Assembly: GCA_902586925.1 (NCBI GenBank) | Contig: CACIJE010000001.1 | Location: forward strand, 671,666 to 735,665 | Direction of reading: 5' to 3' | From: an uncultured SAR86 cluster bacterium | Lineage (GTDB): Bacteria; Pseudomonadota; Gammaproteobacteria; Magnimaribacterales; D2472 | DNA length: 64,000 bases | In this document: positions 1 through 11,517 of the stretch, piece by piece | How the letters are laid out: each line of letters opens with the position of its first letter | Numbering within the stretch: position 1 is the stretch's first letter | Made by a program: the position numbers and the translations under genes | Notes under the pieces: generated by a model | What the model was told of the DNA's origin: nothing | Database searches by the model: none | The model's input: the letters and a program-made list of their open reading frames with translations, nothing else

Positions 1-592
1 TCCACAAAGCTGAATGAAAATCACGTAGAGTACCTGGAGACTCTTTTATATTTGGTTCTAAGTTATATGCAGAAGAAAAAAACTCGAAATGTCTCTTTTG
101 TTGTTCAACATATTTAGCATTGAAAAAATCATTTTTAGACCACAATTTTGATAATGCGTTATTGATTTTTGTGTCCATTTCTTTGTTTGAGACAATTGAG
201 CGTCTTGTTAAGTAAGATGTAAACTCTTTAAGATCTGTTTTTGATATTTTTTTAATATCTGATAACGATCTTACTGAATGACCAACCTTATATCCTTGAT
301 CCCAAAGGAACGAAATAAACTCTTCAAGATTTCTATAGTTTTTTGGGACATCTTTCTCAATTATTGATATATCAACATCAGAAATAGGAAAAATCTCCTT
401 TCTACCAAAACCGCCATTTGCGTATATTGCAAAACTTTTGTCAAGGTTAAGATTTAAAAATTTGTTTTTTAGATTTTTTTCAACTTCATTTGAATGTTTA
501 TTTAGAAATTTATTAATTTTAGAGGGTCTTGAATAAATTTCAGGAAAGTTTTTAAGAAACTCTTTATTAATGGTCGCAATATTATCTATCAT
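1..592 (-). CDS. glnD: [Protein-PII] uridylyltransferase GlnD, N-terminal part (3' end outside the window)
   Basis: The minus-strand frame is open from the window edge to an ATG at 592-590, which overlaps the map stop (TAATG). My translation is MIDNIATINKEFLKNFPEIYSRPSKINKF...FAIYANGGFGRKEIFPISDVDISIIEKD...FLWDQGYKVGHSVRSLSDIKK. This matches the GlnD nucleotidyltransferase N-terminus. map-glnD adjacency is as in E. coli. Confidence 0.75.
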   Translation of the reverse strand, partial: MIDNIATINKEFLKNFPEIYSRPSKINKFLNKHSNEVEKNLKNKFLNLNLDKSFAIYANGGFGRKEIFPISDVDISIIEKDVPKNYRNLEEFISFLWDQGYKVGHSVRSLSDIKKISKTDLKEFTSYLTRRSIVSNKEMDTKINNALSKLWSKNDFFNAKYVEQQKRHFEFFSSAYNLEPNIKESPGTLRDFHSALW

Positions 593-1383
593 TAAAATTC
601 ATCATTTCTTTTAGTCAGAATTTCTGAGCCATTTTTTGTTACTACGATAGTATGCTCCCACTGCGCAGAATTTCTTCCATCTTTTGTTTCAACAGTCCAT
701 CCATCCTTCAATACTTTACAAAATTTTGTTCCTTGATTGATCATTGGCTCAATTGTAAAGCACATACCTTCTTGCAGTTTAATACCACTACCTGATTTTC
801 CATAATGAAGAACTTGAGGCTCCTCATGATAAGTTGCTCCAATACCATGACCACAATAGTCTTCAACAACGCTATAGTAATTTTTCTCGGCATGTTGTTG
901 TATAACATTTCCAACATCACCTAAATATGCGCCTGGTTTAACAACTTCTATACCTTTATATAGACATTCTTGAGTAATCTTGACCAATCTTTCATTATGT
1001 GGAGCACACTTACCAACAAGAAACATTTTGGATGTATCTCCATGCCAACCGTTTTTAATTACAGTAACATCTATATTTAAAATATCACCATTTTTTAAAA
1101 TTTTCTCATTGTCAGGAATCCCATGACATATTACATTATTTATACTTGAGCATATGGTCTTTTTATATCCTTTGTAGCCAACATTTGCAGGAATTGCATT
1201 TTGAATATTTACAATATGTTCATAACATAATTTATCTAACTCTCCTGTTGATATACCTGGAACAACATGAGGTGTAATCATTTCTAGAACTTCGGCAGCA
1301 AGCCTTCCCGCAATTCTCATTTTGTCAATTTCTTCAAATGATTTAACTAATTTATCCATTTTTTTTCGTTTAATTGTAGACAT
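592..1383 (-). CDS. map: Methionine aminopeptidase type I
   Basis: 263 aa. The pita-bread fold metal-ligand context is present (VICHGIP, NIDVTV..GWHGDTS, GHGIG, FTIEPM, QWEHT). Confidence 0.95.
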   Translation of the reverse strand: MSTIKRKKMDKLVKSFEEIDKMRIAGRLAAEVLEMITPHVVPGISTGELDKLCYEHIVNIQNAIPANVGYKGYKKTICSSINNVICHGIPDNEKILKNGDILNIDVTVIKNGWHGDTSKMFLVGKCAPHNERLVKITQECLYKGIEVVKPGAYLGDVGNVIQQHAEKNYYSVVEDYCGHGIGATYHEEPQVLHYGKSGSGIKLQEGMCFTIEPMINQGTKFCKVLKDGWTVETKDGRNSAQWEHTIVVTKNGSEILTKRNDEF

Positions 1384-1511
1384 AAGGCAACTTAATCTAT
1401 AAAGTACAATTTTAATGTCAGCATGTAATTTTAGCTCATTAAAATTAAAACATTCTTTAAATAGTCAACCTAAAATTTTCCTTAAATTATACTTTTATTC
1501 GGTGTTTTTTA

Positions 1512-2633
1512 ATGTCTTTTAATGCAATTTTAGCACTTGAAGATGGAAGTGTATTCTATGGTAAGGGTTTTGGGAAAGAGAAATTTGATGTTGGTGAATT
1601 AGTATTTAATACATCAATGACTGGCTACCAAGAAATTATTACTGATCCATCATACAAAAAACAAATTATTACATTTACACACCCTCATATTGGAAATACT
1701 GGAATTAACATTGAAGACAGTGAATCCACTTCAATTCATGCCTCAGGTATAGTTGTAAAAAATTATTGCTCGAAACCAAGCAATTGGAGATCAAAATTTA
1801 ACCTAGAGGAATTTTTAATTAACAACGAAATTATTGGGATCTCTGATATTGATACAAGAGAAATCACATCATTGCTCAGAGAAAAAGGTGCAATGGGTTG
1901 TTGTATTGCATCCCTGTCATTGATTTCAGAAAATGAAGCAGTTTTAGCTGCAAAAAATTTTGATGGCCTCGAGGGAATGGATTTAGCAAAGGTTGTTTCA
2001 ACAGATTCCGATTATGAGTGGGATAAGGGTGTCTGGCCGGAAAATAATTCATCAGAAAAATCATATTCAGTAGTGGCATATGATTATGGGATAAAGGAAA
2101 ATATCTTAAGGCTTTTAACTGAGTATGTTGGAAAAGTAAAAGTAGTAAATGCTAAAACTACCTTTGAAGAGATAATCGAATTAAATCCTCAAGGTATATT
2201 TTTATCAAATGGTCCTGGAGATCCTGAACCATGCGATTATGCAATTAAAAATATTAGGAAGTTTATATCTCAAAAAATTCCAATTTTTGGAATTTGTCTT
2301 GGCCATCAATTATTAGCTTTAGCAGGTGGCGCTAAGACATACAAGATGAAGTTTGGTCATCATGGTGCTAACCATCCTGTTCAAGATATTCTTACAAAAG
2401 AAGTTTTTATCACAAGTCAGAATCATGGTTTTGCAGTAGATGAAAAGACATTGCCTAAAAATATTAGTGCAACACATCTGTCTCTTTTTGATCAGTCTCT
2501 CCAAGGTATAGAATTTAAAGATGTGCCCGCTTTTAGCTTTCAAGGCCATCCCGAGGCAAGCCCTGGACCTCAAGAGATTCAAACTCTTTTTAAAAAATTT
2601 AGTTTAATGGTAAAAGAGTATGCCAAAACGTAA
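1512..2633 (+). CDS. carA: Carbamoyl-phosphate synthase small (glutaminase) subunit
   Basis: 373 aa. It has a CPSase small-chain N-domain ([18 protein letters not shown]) and a class I amidotransferase triad region (GICLGHQLL ... HGFAV). It overlaps carB by 14 nt. Confidence 0.95.
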   Translation: MSFNAILALEDGSVFYGKGFGKEKFDVGELVFNTSMTGYQEIITDPSYKKQIITFTHPHIGNTGINIEDSESTSIHASGIVVKNYCSKPSNWRSKFNLEEFLINNEIIGISDIDTREITSLLREKGAMGCCIASLSLISENEAVLAAKNFDGLEGMDLAKVVSTDSDYEWDKGVWPENNSSEKSYSVVAYDYGIKENILRLLTEYVGKVKVVNAKTTFEEIIELNPQGIFLSNGPGDPEPCDYAIKNIRKFISQKIPIFGICLGHQLLALAGGAKTYKMKFGHHGANHPVQDILTKEVFITSQNHGFAVDEKTLPKNISATHLSLFDQSLQGIEFKDVPAFSFQGHPEASPGPQEIQTLFKKFSLMVKEYAKT

Positions 2634-5600
2634 AGATATTTCTTCAATACTTATAATAGGCGCAGGCCCAATAATCATTGGTCAAGCTTGTGAATTTGAT
2701 TACTCAGGTGCTCAAGCCTGCAAGGCATTAAAAGAAGAAGGTTTTAGAGTAATTTTAGTCAATTCAAATCCAGCAACAATTATGACCGATCCATTTATGG
2801 CTGATGCCACATATATTGAACCAATTCACTGGAAGTCTGTTGAAAAGATTATTGAAAAAGAAAAACCAGATGCAATTTTACCAACTATGGGAGGACAGAC
2901 CGCCTTAAACACAGCACTTACATTAGACAAAGAAGGAGTTTTAAAAAAACACGATGTTGTTTTAATTGGAGCAAATAGAACAGCAATTGATAAAGCAGAA
3001 GATCGGCAACTTTTTGATGAAACAATGAAAGCAATTAATCTTGAAACACCTGCATCAGGAATTGCTCATTCAATGCAAGATGCATTGAAAGTTCAAAAAA
3101 GAATCGGTTTTCCCTGTATTATTAGGCCATCCTTTACAATGGGAGGAACAGGCGGCGGAATTGCCTATAACATATCAGAGTTTAAATCGATTTGTGAAAA
3201 AGGCTTGGAGCTATCTCCTACTAATGAGCTCCTAATTGATGAATCTTTAATTGGTTGGAAAGAATTTGAGATGGAAGTAGTAAGAGATTGTGAGGATAAC
3301 TGTATTATTGTTTGTTCTATAGAAAATCTAGATCCTATGGGCATCCACACTGGTGATTCAACAACTATTGCTCCTGCACAAACATTAACTGATAAAGAAT
3401 ATCAATTAATGAGAAATGCTTCTTTTAAAATTTTAAGAGAGATAGGAGTTGATACAGGAGGATCAAATGTTCAATTTGCTGTAAATCCTGAAGATGGAAA
3501 AATGGTTGTCATAGAAATGAACCCCCGAGTAAGTAGATCTTCAGCATTAGCTTCAAAAGCTACAGGTTTCCCAATTGCAAAAGTAGCTGCCTTGCTTTCA
3601 GTTGGTTATACATTAGATGAACTTAAGAATGACATTACAGGTGGACTAACACCTGCATCTTTTGAACCTAGCATCGATTATATCGTCACAAAGATACCAA
3701 AATTTGCTTTTGAAAAATTTCCTCAAGCAAGTCCAAAGTTAACAACTCAGATGAAATCAGTCGGAGAAGTAATGTCAATGGGCTCAAATTTTCAAGAATC
3801 ATTTCAAAAAGCTTTATGCAGTATGGAAGAAGGTCTAAATGGACTAAATTCGTTAGTTGAAAAATCCGTATTTCCTGATGATGATGAAATCACAAGTGAA
3901 TTAACAATTCCAGGACCTAAGAGAATATTTTACGTTGCAGATGCAATTCGAAAAGGTTGGAGCATAGAAAAAATTTATTCTCTAACAAAAATTGATAATT
4001 GGTTCCTTGATCAAATAAAAGAATTAATTGATATCGAAGAAAAACTTTATGATTCTAATATTGAAGAATTAGAAAAAGATTATCTTCAAGAAATTAAAGA
4101 AAAAGGATTTTCAGATAGCAGAATTGCTGAGATGATTGGAGTGCCTGAAGATGAATTAAGAGACCATAGAAAAAAACACAACGTTTATCCAATTTATAGA
4201 AGAGTTGATACATGTGCAGCAGAATTTGAAACTTCTACATGCTATATGTATTCGTCATATGGAGGTAAATGTGAGAGTAATCCAACTACAAAGAAAAAAA
4301 TATTAGTTATTGGCAGCGGTCCAAATAGAATTGGCCAAGGTATAGAGTTTGATTATTGTTGTGTTCATGCCTCCTTAGCAATGCAAGAGGAGGGCTATGA
4401 GTCAATCATGGTTAACTGTAATCCTGAAACTGTATCCACAGATTATGATGTTTCTAACAGACTATATTTTGAACCGATTACTTCAGAAAAAATATTAGAC
4501 ATTATCGATATTGAAAATCCAGAGGGAGTGATTATTCAATTTGGCGGTCAAACACCCCTAAAACTTGCAAATGTTTTATCAGATAAAGGCGTAAATATTT
4601 TGGGTACAAATGTAGATGCAATTGATAGGTCTGAGGATAGAGAAAGATTTCAGGAGTTGGTGAATAAGCTTAATTTGAAACAACCTACTAATGGAACTGC
4701 AAAAAATCAGAGGGAAGCTCTTAAAAAGGCTGAAAAGATTGGTTTTCCAATTGTTGTAAGACCATCTTATGTATTGGGAGGAAGAGCAATGCAGCTTGTT
4801 AATAATATAAAAGAACTTGAGAAATATTTGAATGAAGCTGTTGAAGTATCTAATAGCAAACCCATTCTGCTAGATAGCTATTTAACAGATGCCATAGAAG
4901 TTGACGTAGATGTGGTATCAGATGGTAAAAATATTGAGATTGGTGGAATTTTACAACACATCGAGCAAGCTGGAATACATTCTGGAGACTCTGCTTGTTC
5001 ATTGCCCCCATACAGCCTCACTAAAAAAATACAAAATAAAATGAAAGAACAGGCAATTGACATTGCTACTGAATTAAAAGTTATAGGGTTAATGAATATT
5101 CAGTTTGCTATTAAAAATGATGAGGTCTATATAATTGAAGTTAATCCTCGTGCTTCAAGGACAGTTCCATTCATTTCAAAAGCAATAGGAAGTTCTTTGG
5201 CAAAAGTAGCTTCCAAGGCAATGATTGGTAAGACACTTAAGGAACAGCAATTTTCTTCTGAATTACCAAATGGCCTATCATTTGTTAAAGAGGCTGTTAT
5301 GCCTTTTGATAAATTTCCACACGCTGATCCAATTTTAGGCCCAGAGATGAAATCAACAGGGGAGGTTATGGGTATTGGGCCAAATTTTGGAGAGGCTTAT
5401 GCAAAAGCACAAAAGGGAGCAAATAAAATACTAAGAAGATCGGGAGTAGTTTTTATTAGCGTAAAGTCTTCTGATAAAAAATACCTTGATGAATTTGTAC
5501 CTGAAATAATAAATGCTGGGTTTAAAATAGTCGCAACCCTAGGCACTGCAAATTATATAAACAGATTGGGGTATCAAGTTGAAATAGTAAATAAAGTATC

Positions 5601-5832
5601 AGAAGGAAGACCTCATATTGTTGATAGTTTATTAAATAATGAAATAGACCTAGTAATAAATACAACTGAGGGATCTCGTTCTATAAAAGACTCTGCATCA
5701 ATAAGACAAAGTGCATTGAGAAATAAAATTTTTTGTACAACTACCATGTTTGGGGCTTTTGCAATAATCGATGCTCTCAAAAGTAAAGAAGAAAATTGGA
5801 CTTTTGAAACTCTGCAAGAAATAAATACATAA
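2620..5832 (+). CDS. carB: Carbamoyl-phosphate synthase large subunit
   Basis: 1070 aa. It has duplicated ATP-grasp halves ([19 protein letters not shown] and [19 protein letters not shown]; [18 protein letters not shown] and [12 protein letters not shown]) and a C-terminal MGS-like domain. Confidence 0.97.
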   Translation: MPKRKDISSILIIGAGPIIIGQACEFDYSGAQACKALKEEGFRVILVNSNPATIMTDPFMADATYIEPIHWKSVEKIIEKEKPDAILPTMGGQTALNTALTLDKEGVLKKHDVVLIGANRTAIDKAEDRQLFDETMKAINLETPASGIAHSMQDALKVQKRIGFPCIIRPSFTMGGTGGGIAYNISEFKSICEKGLELSPTNELLIDESLIGWKEFEMEVVRDCEDNCIIVCSIENLDPMGIHTGDSTTIAPAQTLTDKEYQLMRNASFKILREIGVDTGGSNVQFAVNPEDGKMVVIEMNPRVSRSSALASKATGFPIAKVAALLSVGYTLDELKNDITGGLTPASFEPSIDYIVTKIPKFAFEKFPQASPKLTTQMKSVGEVMSMGSNFQESFQKALCSMEEGLNGLNSLVEKSVFPDDDEITSELTIPGPKRIFYVADAIRKGWSIEKIYSLTKIDNWFLDQIKELIDIEEKLYDSNIEELEKDYLQEIKEKGFSDSRIAEMIGVPEDELRDHRKKHNVYPIYRRVDTCAAEFETSTCYMYSSYGGKCESNPTTKKKILVIGSGPNRIGQGIEFDYCCVHASLAMQEEGYESIMVNCNPETVSTDYDVSNRLYFEPITSEKILDIIDIENPEGVIIQFGGQTPLKLANVLSDKGVNILGTNVDAIDRSEDRERFQELVNKLNLKQPTNGTAKNQREALKKAEKIGFPIVVRPSYVLGGRAMQLVNNIKELEKYLNEAVEVSNSKPILLDSYLTDAIEVDVDVVSDGKNIEIGGILQHIEQAGIHSGDSACSLPPYSLTKKIQNKMKEQAIDIATELKVIGLMNIQFAIKNDEVYIIEVNPRASRTVPFISKAIGSSLAKVASKAMIGKTLKEQQFSSELPNGLSFVKEAVMPFDKFPHADPILGPEMKSTGEVMGIGPNFGEAYAKAQKGANKILRRSGVVFISVKSSDKKYLDEFVPEIINAGFKIVATLGTANYINRLGYQVEIVNKVSEGRPHIVDSLLNNEIDLVINTTEGSRSIKDSASIRQSALRNKIFCTTTMFGAFAIIDALKSKEENWTFETLQEINT

Positions 5833-5853
5833 TCATATTGTTATAATGCTCAA

Positions 5854-6330
5854 ATGAGTAGAATACCACTAACAAAAGAAGGTGAAATTTTAATAAAGGA
5901 AAAACTATCCAACCTAAAATTTGTAGAGAGACCACAAATCTCTAATGCCATTGCTGAAGCAAGAGCTCACGGAGACCTTAAAGAAAATGCTGAGTACCAC
6001 GCTGCAAAGGAATTACAGGGACTTATTGAGGCAAAGATAAGTGAAATGGAAAATGCTCTTGCAAATGCACAAGTCATAGATGTCAAAGATATCCCAGAAA
6101 CTGGAAGAGTAGTATTTGGTGCTACTGTAACAATTTATGATATTGATGAAGATCTAGAAATAAAATACAAGATTGTTGGGAATTTAGAGTCAGATCCAGA
6201 AATAGGAAAAATATCAATTGATACACCAATTGCTAAGGGTCTTGTTGGTAAATTTGTTGAAGATGAAATTACTATTAAAACACCATCTGGAAATCTAAAT
6301 TACGAGATCTTAGAAGTAAAACACATATAG
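5854..6330 (+). CDS. greA: Transcription elongation factor GreA
   Basis: 158 aa. The GreA N-terminal coiled coil has the acidic tip motif (AEARAHGDLKENAEYHAAKE), followed by a C-terminal FKBP-like domain. Confidence 0.93.
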   Translation: MSRIPLTKEGEILIKEKLSNLKFVERPQISNAIAEARAHGDLKENAEYHAAKELQGLIEAKISEMENALANAQVIDVKDIPETGRVVFGATVTIYDIDEDLEIKYKIVGNLESDPEIGKISIDTPIAKGLVGKFVEDEITIKTPSGNLNYEILEVKHI

Positions 6331-6334
6331 CTTT

Positions 6335-6895
6335 ATGCTTTCAGATAATTGGGCTCAAAAAGCACGAAATCAAGGTTATCGCTCAAGAGCGGTCTTTAAG
6401 CTTAAAGAAATTCTTGAAAAAACGAAACTCACTAAAATAGAAAAAGTGTTGGATCTTGGATGCGCTCCAGGAGGATGGTCACAATTTATTATAAAAAAAT
6501 ACCCCAAATCAATAGTATTCGCTATAGATATTCTCGACATGGAAAAGATCGAGGGAGTAAACTTCTTTCAACAAAGTATAAATAATATTGAAAAAATTAA
6601 ACAAATTTACAAATTTAAAGGCAAATTTAATCTTGTAATTTCTGATATAGCCCCAAACTTATCTGGAATAAGTGCAATTGATAACGAGAATATATTAGAT
6701 TTAAATAAATTGACTATCAATACAGGCTTCGATTTTTTAGATAGTGGTGGATCATTTATAATGAAAACATTTCAAAACAGTAATTTAAAAAGTTTAAGAA
6801 AAGATATGGAATTATCATTTAAGATAGTTCAAACTTACAAACCTGCTGCATCAAAAAAACAATCAGGTGAAATTTACCTATATGGAGTTAAGTAA
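6335..6895 (+). CDS. rlmE: 23S rRNA (U2552-2'-O)-methyltransferase RlmE/FtsJ
   Basis: 186 aa. Motifs GYRSRAVFKLKEI and the SAM motif VLDLGCAPGGWSQ are present. It lies directly upstream of ftsH, as in enterobacteria. Confidence 0.9.
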   Translation: MLSDNWAQKARNQGYRSRAVFKLKEILEKTKLTKIEKVLDLGCAPGGWSQFIIKKYPKSIVFAIDILDMEKIEGVNFFQQSINNIEKIKQIYKFKGKFNLVISDIAPNLSGISAIDNENILDLNKLTINTGFDFLDSGGSFIMKTFQNSNLKSLRKDMELSFKIVQTYKPAASKKQSGEIYLYGVK

Positions 6896-6898
6896 AGT

Positions 6899-8809
6899 AT
6901 GAATAGTTTTATGAGAAATTTAATGGTTTGGGTGGTATTGGGTTCACTTATGGTTTACGTCTTCAATAATATAGAGAACTCATCTTCAAGAGAGCAAATT
7001 AGCTACTCTCAATTCAAGCAAGAAGTTTTATCAGACAGAGTCGCTAAAGTTGTATACAAAGGCGACCAAATGACAATCATTGGAGATAGATTAGATGGTT
7101 CAAAATTTGAAACAACTCATCCAATTTTTAAAAGGGATGAAGCCGTTGAAAATGCAATAGAGCAGAATGGTATAATTGCTGAGTACGAAAAAATAGAACA
7201 ACCATCTTTATTCTCTCAATTACTTGTTGGAGCATTTCCAATAATTCTTCTTTTAGCAATATTTTTCTTTTTTATGCGTCAAATGCAAGGTGGTATTTCA
7301 GGAAAAGGCGGACCAATGTCATTTGGTAGAAGTAAGGCCAAACTAATGGAAGGCGGTAAAGTAAAAACAACATTTAAAGATGTTGCAGGTTGTGAAGAAG
7401 CTAAACAAGACGTTCAAGAGCTTGTAGATTTTCTAAGAGATCCAACAAAGTTCCAGAAGCTTGGTGGCAAAATACCTCGAGGAGTTCTTATGGTTGGTCC
7501 TCCTGGAACAGGTAAGACTTTAATTGCCAGAGCAGTTGCTGGAGAAGCAAAAGTGCCTTTCTTCACAATTTCTGGATCAGATTTTGTAGAAATGTTTGTT
7601 GGTGTTGGAGCATCTAGAGTAAGAGATATGTTCGAGCAAGCAAAAAAACAATCTCCTTGCATTGTTTTCATTGATGAAATTGATGCAGTTGGTAGACACA
7701 GAGGAGCTGGTCTTGGCGGTGGACATGACGAAAGAGAACAAACACTTAATCAATTACTTGTTGAAATGGATGGCTTTGAAGGAAATGATGGAGTAATTGT
7801 CATTGCTGCCACAAATAGACCTGATGTACTTGACCCTGCACTTTTAAGACCTGGGAGATTTGACAGACAGGTTGTAGTAGATTTACCAGATATCAGAGGA
7901 AGGGAAGCGATTCTAAAAGTTCACATGAGAAAGGTTCCTCTTGCATCGGATGTAGATCCATTAGTTATAGCTAGAGGCACGCCTGGATTTTCAGGGGCTG
8001 ACTTAGCTAATCTTATCAATGAGGCTGCGTTATTTGCAGCAAGATACTCAGATAAAAAAATTGATCAATCGCATCTAGATTTGGCTAAAGACAAAATAAT
8101 GATGGGTGCTGAGAGAAAATCGATGATACTTAGTGAAGAACAAAAAAGAATTACTGCATATCATGAGGCAGGACATGCAATTGTAGGAAGGTTATGCCCA
8201 ACTCATGATCCTGTTTATAAAGTAACTATTATCCCAAGAGGGCGAGCTTTAGGTGTAACTATGTTTTTGCCAGAAGAAGATACGTATATGCAAAGTAAAG
8301 AGTATCTTCTTGGAAGAATTGCTACTTTATTTGGTGGAAGAATTGCTGAAAGCATTATTAATGGTAATCAAGGCATTACAACCGGTGCTTCCAATGACAT
8401 AGAGGTCGCTACAGGTATTGCAACAAATATGGTTACTAAGTGGGGTTTCTCTGATGCTCTTGGCACTATTAAATATGGAGAAGAGGAGGGCAGTCCATTT
8501 TTAGGAAGATCCGTTTCTAATCCTGCTCCAATAAGGAGTGACCAAACATCAAAATTAATTGATTCAGAAGTAAAAGCTATTATTGATTCATGCTATGAAA
8601 GAGCTGAGAAGTTGTTAAAAGAAAACTTAGATAAACTTAATGTTATGGCAGACGCACTTCTCAAATATGAAACAATTGATGCTCCTCAAATCGATGATAT
8701 TATGGCAGGAGCAGTCCCCAGAGAGCCGAAAGGTTGGTCTGACGATGATCAATCCAAAGGCAAGCCATCTAAAAAAACTTCGATAAAAGGTGCTGCTGAA
8801 GAGTTATAA
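6899..8809 (+). CDS. ftsH: ATP-dependent zinc metalloprotease FtsH
   Basis: 636 aa. It has two N-terminal TM segments, Walker A GPPGTGKT, Walker B IVFIDEID, an SRH ([20 protein letters not shown]) and the zinc motif HEAGH. Confidence 0.97.
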   Translation: MNSFMRNLMVWVVLGSLMVYVFNNIENSSSREQISYSQFKQEVLSDRVAKVVYKGDQMTIIGDRLDGSKFETTHPIFKRDEAVENAIEQNGIIAEYEKIEQPSLFSQLLVGAFPIILLLAIFFFFMRQMQGGISGKGGPMSFGRSKAKLMEGGKVKTTFKDVAGCEEAKQDVQELVDFLRDPTKFQKLGGKIPRGVLMVGPPGTGKTLIARAVAGEAKVPFFTISGSDFVEMFVGVGASRVRDMFEQAKKQSPCIVFIDEIDAVGRHRGAGLGGGHDEREQTLNQLLVEMDGFEGNDGVIVIAATNRPDVLDPALLRPGRFDRQVVVDLPDIRGREAILKVHMRKVPLASDVDPLVIARGTPGFSGADLANLINEAALFAARYSDKKIDQSHLDLAKDKIMMGAERKSMILSEEQKRITAYHEAGHAIVGRLCPTHDPVYKVTIIPRGRALGVTMFLPEEDTYMQSKEYLLGRIATLFGGRIAESIINGNQGITTGASNDIEVATGIATNMVTKWGFSDALGTIKYGEEEGSPFLGRSVSNPAPIRSDQTSKLIDSEVKAIIDSCYERAEKLLKENLDKLNVMADALLKYETIDAPQIDDIMAGAVPREPKGWSDDDQSKGKPSKKTSIKGAAEEL

Positions 8810-8818
8810 TTCTTTGTA

Positions 8819-10141
8819 ATGGACTTAAAATTTGGTACCGACGGTATTAGGGGGCCTGTCGAAAGCAAAATAACACCTGAAGCATGTCTTAAAATAGGAC
8901 ATGCAACTGGTCTTGTTATGAAAGAACTTGGCTGGAGTACCGTTGTTATTGGTAAAGATACTAGAATTTCTGGTTATATGCTTGAGTCTGCTCTTCAAGC
9001 AGGCTTTATCGCTGCTGGTGTGAATGTAAATCTTCTTGGACCACTCCCTACACCAGGAGTTGCATATTTAACTAAAACTTTAAGAAATAAGTTTGGTTTA
9101 GTTATAAGCGCATCTCATAATGATTTTCTTGATAATGGAATTAAGATATTCAATGAGAGTGGTGAAAAAATATCTCGAGAGATTGAAAAAAGAATTGAAA
9201 AATATTTGTCATCTAGCCTAATTCCAGTAGAAACATCCCAAATTGGCAAAGCTTACAGATTTGATGAGTCTGGGCCTAGATATATAGAATTTTGTAAATC
9301 CACTGTTCCATCAGATATTTCTTTTTCCTCTCTTAGAATTGTTGTCGATTGTGCAAATGGTGCATGTTATAAAGTAAGCCCAGAAGTATTTGAAGAGCTA
9401 GGGGCAGAAGTAATAACAATTGGTAATAAACCAGATGGTTTTAATATTAATCAAAAATGTGGTTCAACTCACCCAGAAATTGTTAAAGAAGCCGTAATAA
9501 AACATAGAGCAGATTTTGGAATATCATTAGACGGTGATGGAGATAGAGTAATTCTCGTTGATGAAAAAGGATCTATTTTGGATGGCGATGATCTTCTATA
9601 CATATTAGCATTTGCAAATCCAAATAGAACTGGACCATGGTCAGGCGTGGTAGGTACCCTAATGAGTAATATTGGTCTAGAGGACGGAATTAATAAACTT
9701 GGATATAAATTTGTAAGGGCTGATGTTGGCGACAAGCATGTTAGCAAAATGCTATCAAAAAAAGGTTGGTTGCTTGGTGGTGAAACTTCTGGACATATTA
9801 TATGCAAAGATCTAGTAAGTACAGGTGATGGGACCATAGCAGCCTTAAAAGTTATCTCTTCATTAATACTTCTAAAAAAGAAACCAAGTGAGGTTTTAGC
9901 AAATTATACTAAAGTACCACAAGTTAATATTGCTGTAACCGTAAAAAATAAAGACATTATTAATGACAAGGAATTAAATTTACTATTGGCAGAAATTGAA
10001 TCAGATTTAACTGTTGGCAGGGTGCTCGTAAGACCGTCTGGAACTGAATCAAAAATAAGAATTATGGTGGAAGCCTCTGAAGAAAAAGTTGCCAACAAGT
10101 TTGCTAAAGACATAAAAAAAATTATTGAGTCAAAAAGATAG
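8819..10141 (+). CDS. glmM: Phosphoglucosamine mutase
   Basis: 440 aa. It has N-terminal FGTDGIRG, the phosphoserine loop ISASHNDFLDNGIK, the metal loop DGDGDR and GGETSGH. Confidence 0.95.
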   Translation: MDLKFGTDGIRGPVESKITPEACLKIGHATGLVMKELGWSTVVIGKDTRISGYMLESALQAGFIAAGVNVNLLGPLPTPGVAYLTKTLRNKFGLVISASHNDFLDNGIKIFNESGEKISREIEKRIEKYLSSSLIPVETSQIGKAYRFDESGPRYIEFCKSTVPSDISFSSLRIVVDCANGACYKVSPEVFEELGAEVITIGNKPDGFNINQKCGSTHPEIVKEAVIKHRADFGISLDGDGDRVILVDEKGSILDGDDLLYILAFANPNRTGPWSGVVGTLMSNIGLEDGINKLGYKFVRADVGDKHVSKMLSKKGWLLGGETSGHIICKDLVSTGDGTIAALKVISSLILLKKKPSEVLANYTKVPQVNIAVTVKNKDIINDKELNLLLAEIESDLTVGRVLVRPSGTESKIRIMVEASEEKVANKFAKDIKKIIESKR

Positions 10142-10897
10142 ATGATTATTGCTAATTGGAAATGTAATGGAAGTAAGTCCATGATTGATGAGTGGTTTGA
10201 ATCATATAAAAGCACAATTAAAAATAATGGAGTTTATGCTGGTATTTTAGGAATTGCACCACCTGCTATATTTATTAATGAGGTTTATGACCAAATTAAA
10301 AAAAATAATTTAGATATAGATACTATTTCGCAAGATATTGCCGGATATACGAGAAAATTTACTGGAGCAATATCTGCTAAGATGCTGCATGAAAATTGCG
10401 CATATTCTTTCTGCATAATTGGACATTCAGAAAGGAGAATATCTTATAATGAGGATAATAAAATAATAAAAGATAAAATACTTGAATGTTTGTCGTGTGA
10501 TATTAATCCAATACTATGCATTGGAGAATCTAATGAAGAAAATAAACTTGGTAAAACTAAAGAAATTTTGGAAAATCAACTTATGATATTAAAAAATATG
10601 ACTACTTCTGATAGCTTAACAATTGCTTATGAGCCAATATGGGCTATTGGGACAGGTAAAACACCAAACCCTAAGGATGTTAACGATATTCATAAATTTA
10701 TAAAAGATATTGTACAATCCATTTCTGGTAATTCTGCTACTCCAATAGTTATATATGGTGGAAGTGTGAATGAGGATAATGCTCAGAGTTTTTTGAAAGA
10801 GAAATTTGTAGATGGTGCTTTAATTGGTGGCGCTTCTTTAGACGGAAGTAAATTTGCTAATATTGTTAATACGTTTAATGGAATAAATTTAAAATGA
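10142..10897 (+). CDS. tpiA: Triosephosphate isomerase
   Basis: 251 aa. Motifs NWKCNG, IGHSERR and AYEPIWAIGTGKT are present. Confidence 0.93.
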   Translation: MIIANWKCNGSKSMIDEWFESYKSTIKNNGVYAGILGIAPPAIFINEVYDQIKKNNLDIDTISQDIAGYTRKFTGAISAKMLHENCAYSFCIIGHSERRISYNEDNKIIKDKILECLSCDINPILCIGESNEENKLGKTKEILENQLMILKNMTTSDSLTIAYEPIWAIGTGKTPNPKDVNDIHKFIKDIVQSISGNSATPIVIYGGSVNEDNAQSFLKEKFVDGALIGGASLDGSKFANIVNTFNGINLK

Positions 10898-11205
10898 TTA
10901 CTTTTTTAACTGTAGTATGTGTTCTTCTTGCAATAGTCATAGTCATAATAGTTCTTCTTCAACAGGGTAAAGGTTCCGATCTTGGGTCTGCATTTGGAGG
11001 TGGATCTTCAAATTCTATGTTTGGCGCTTTGGGGCCATCAGGTTTTTTAGGAAGACTGACATATGTTCTTGTCACAGTATGGTTAATTTTGTCATTTTTA
11101 TTAGCTTATTTATTAAAAAATGAAAACACAGAGGTATTTTTTGAAACTCCATTAATTGAAGAAGCTGTTAAAGAGGGTTTTTCTGACGAAATACCTATTG
11201 AGTAA
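10894..11205 (+). CDS. secG: Preprotein translocase subunit SecG
   Basis: 103 aa. It has two hydrophobic helices flanking a Gly-rich loop (QQGKGSDLGSAFGGGSSNSMFG). It sits next to tRNA-Leu(GAG), as E. coli secG sits next to leuU. Confidence 0.85.
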   Translation: MITFLTVVCVLLAIVIVIIVLLQQGKGSDLGSAFGGGSSNSMFGALGPSGFLGRLTYVLVTVWLILSFLLAYLLKNENTEVFFETPLIEEAVKEGFSDEIPIE

Positions 11206-11210
11206 AATAT

Positions 11211-11297
11211 TGGTGCCGAAAGCGGGACTCGAACCCGCACGAGTTTTCACTCACTAGCCCCTCAAGCTAGCGTGTCTACCAATTCCACCACTTCGGC
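11211..11297 (-). tRNA. tRNA-Leu (anticodon GAG), class II long variable arm
   Basis: The reverse complement reads GCCGAAGTGGTGGAATTGGTAGACACGCTAGCTTGAGGGGCTAGTGAGTGAAAACTCGTGCGGGTTCGAGTCCCGCTTTCGGCACCA. It folds into a cloverleaf by hand, with anticodon loop TTGAGGG and an encoded CCA. Confidence 0.9.
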
Positions 11298-11308
11298 AAA
11301 AAAACGAG

Positions 11309-11317
11309 ATTATAACA
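11309..11317 (-). promoter_or_regulatory. Candidate extended -10 promoter element (TGtTATAAT) for tRNA-Leu
   Basis: The minus strand reads TGTTATAAT, followed by 10 nt and then tRNA-Leu position 1. The -35 is only weak. Confidence 0.4.
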
Positions 11318-11347
11318 ACATTATTAATCTTCTAACATAAAATTAAC

Positions 11348-11376
11348 TTGACCATTTTGTGTTACTCTCATAAACT
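11348..11376 (+). promoter_or_regulatory. Candidate sigma70 promoter for tRNA-fMet / rimP-nusA-infB operon
   Basis: TTGACC (11348-11353), a 17-nt spacer, then TAAACT (11371-11376). A GC-rich discriminator (CGCTGCG) follows just before the tRNA. This is analogous to E. coli metY-P. Confidence 0.5.
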
Positions 11377-11391
11377 TCATGTTCGCTGCGT

Positions 11392-11468
<77 letters not shown>

Positions 11469-11486
11469 CAGTTAAATAAATTTTGT

Positions 11487-11506
11487 GGGGCAAATGCCCC
11501 TTTTTT
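11487..11506 (+). terminator. Rho-independent terminator/attenuator after tRNA-fMet
   Basis: A GGGGCAAATGCCCC hairpin is followed by TTTTTT, immediately upstream of the rimP ATG. The ORF-track extension of rimP translates through it. Confidence 0.6.
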
Positions 11507-11517
11507 GTATTAAAAAT

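Noticed and set aside
1384-1511. Possible pyrimidine-responsive leader or attenuator upstream of carA (T-run CGGTGTTTTTTAATG)
   Set aside because: There is only a T-run adjacent to the start codon, with no hairpin or leader peptide that I can support. The evidence is insufficient.
11485-11517. GTG-initiated extension of rimP
   Set aside because: It translates through the GGGGCAAATGCCCC-TTTTTT terminator hairpin that follows tRNA-fMet. The ATG at 11518 gives a normal-length RimP.
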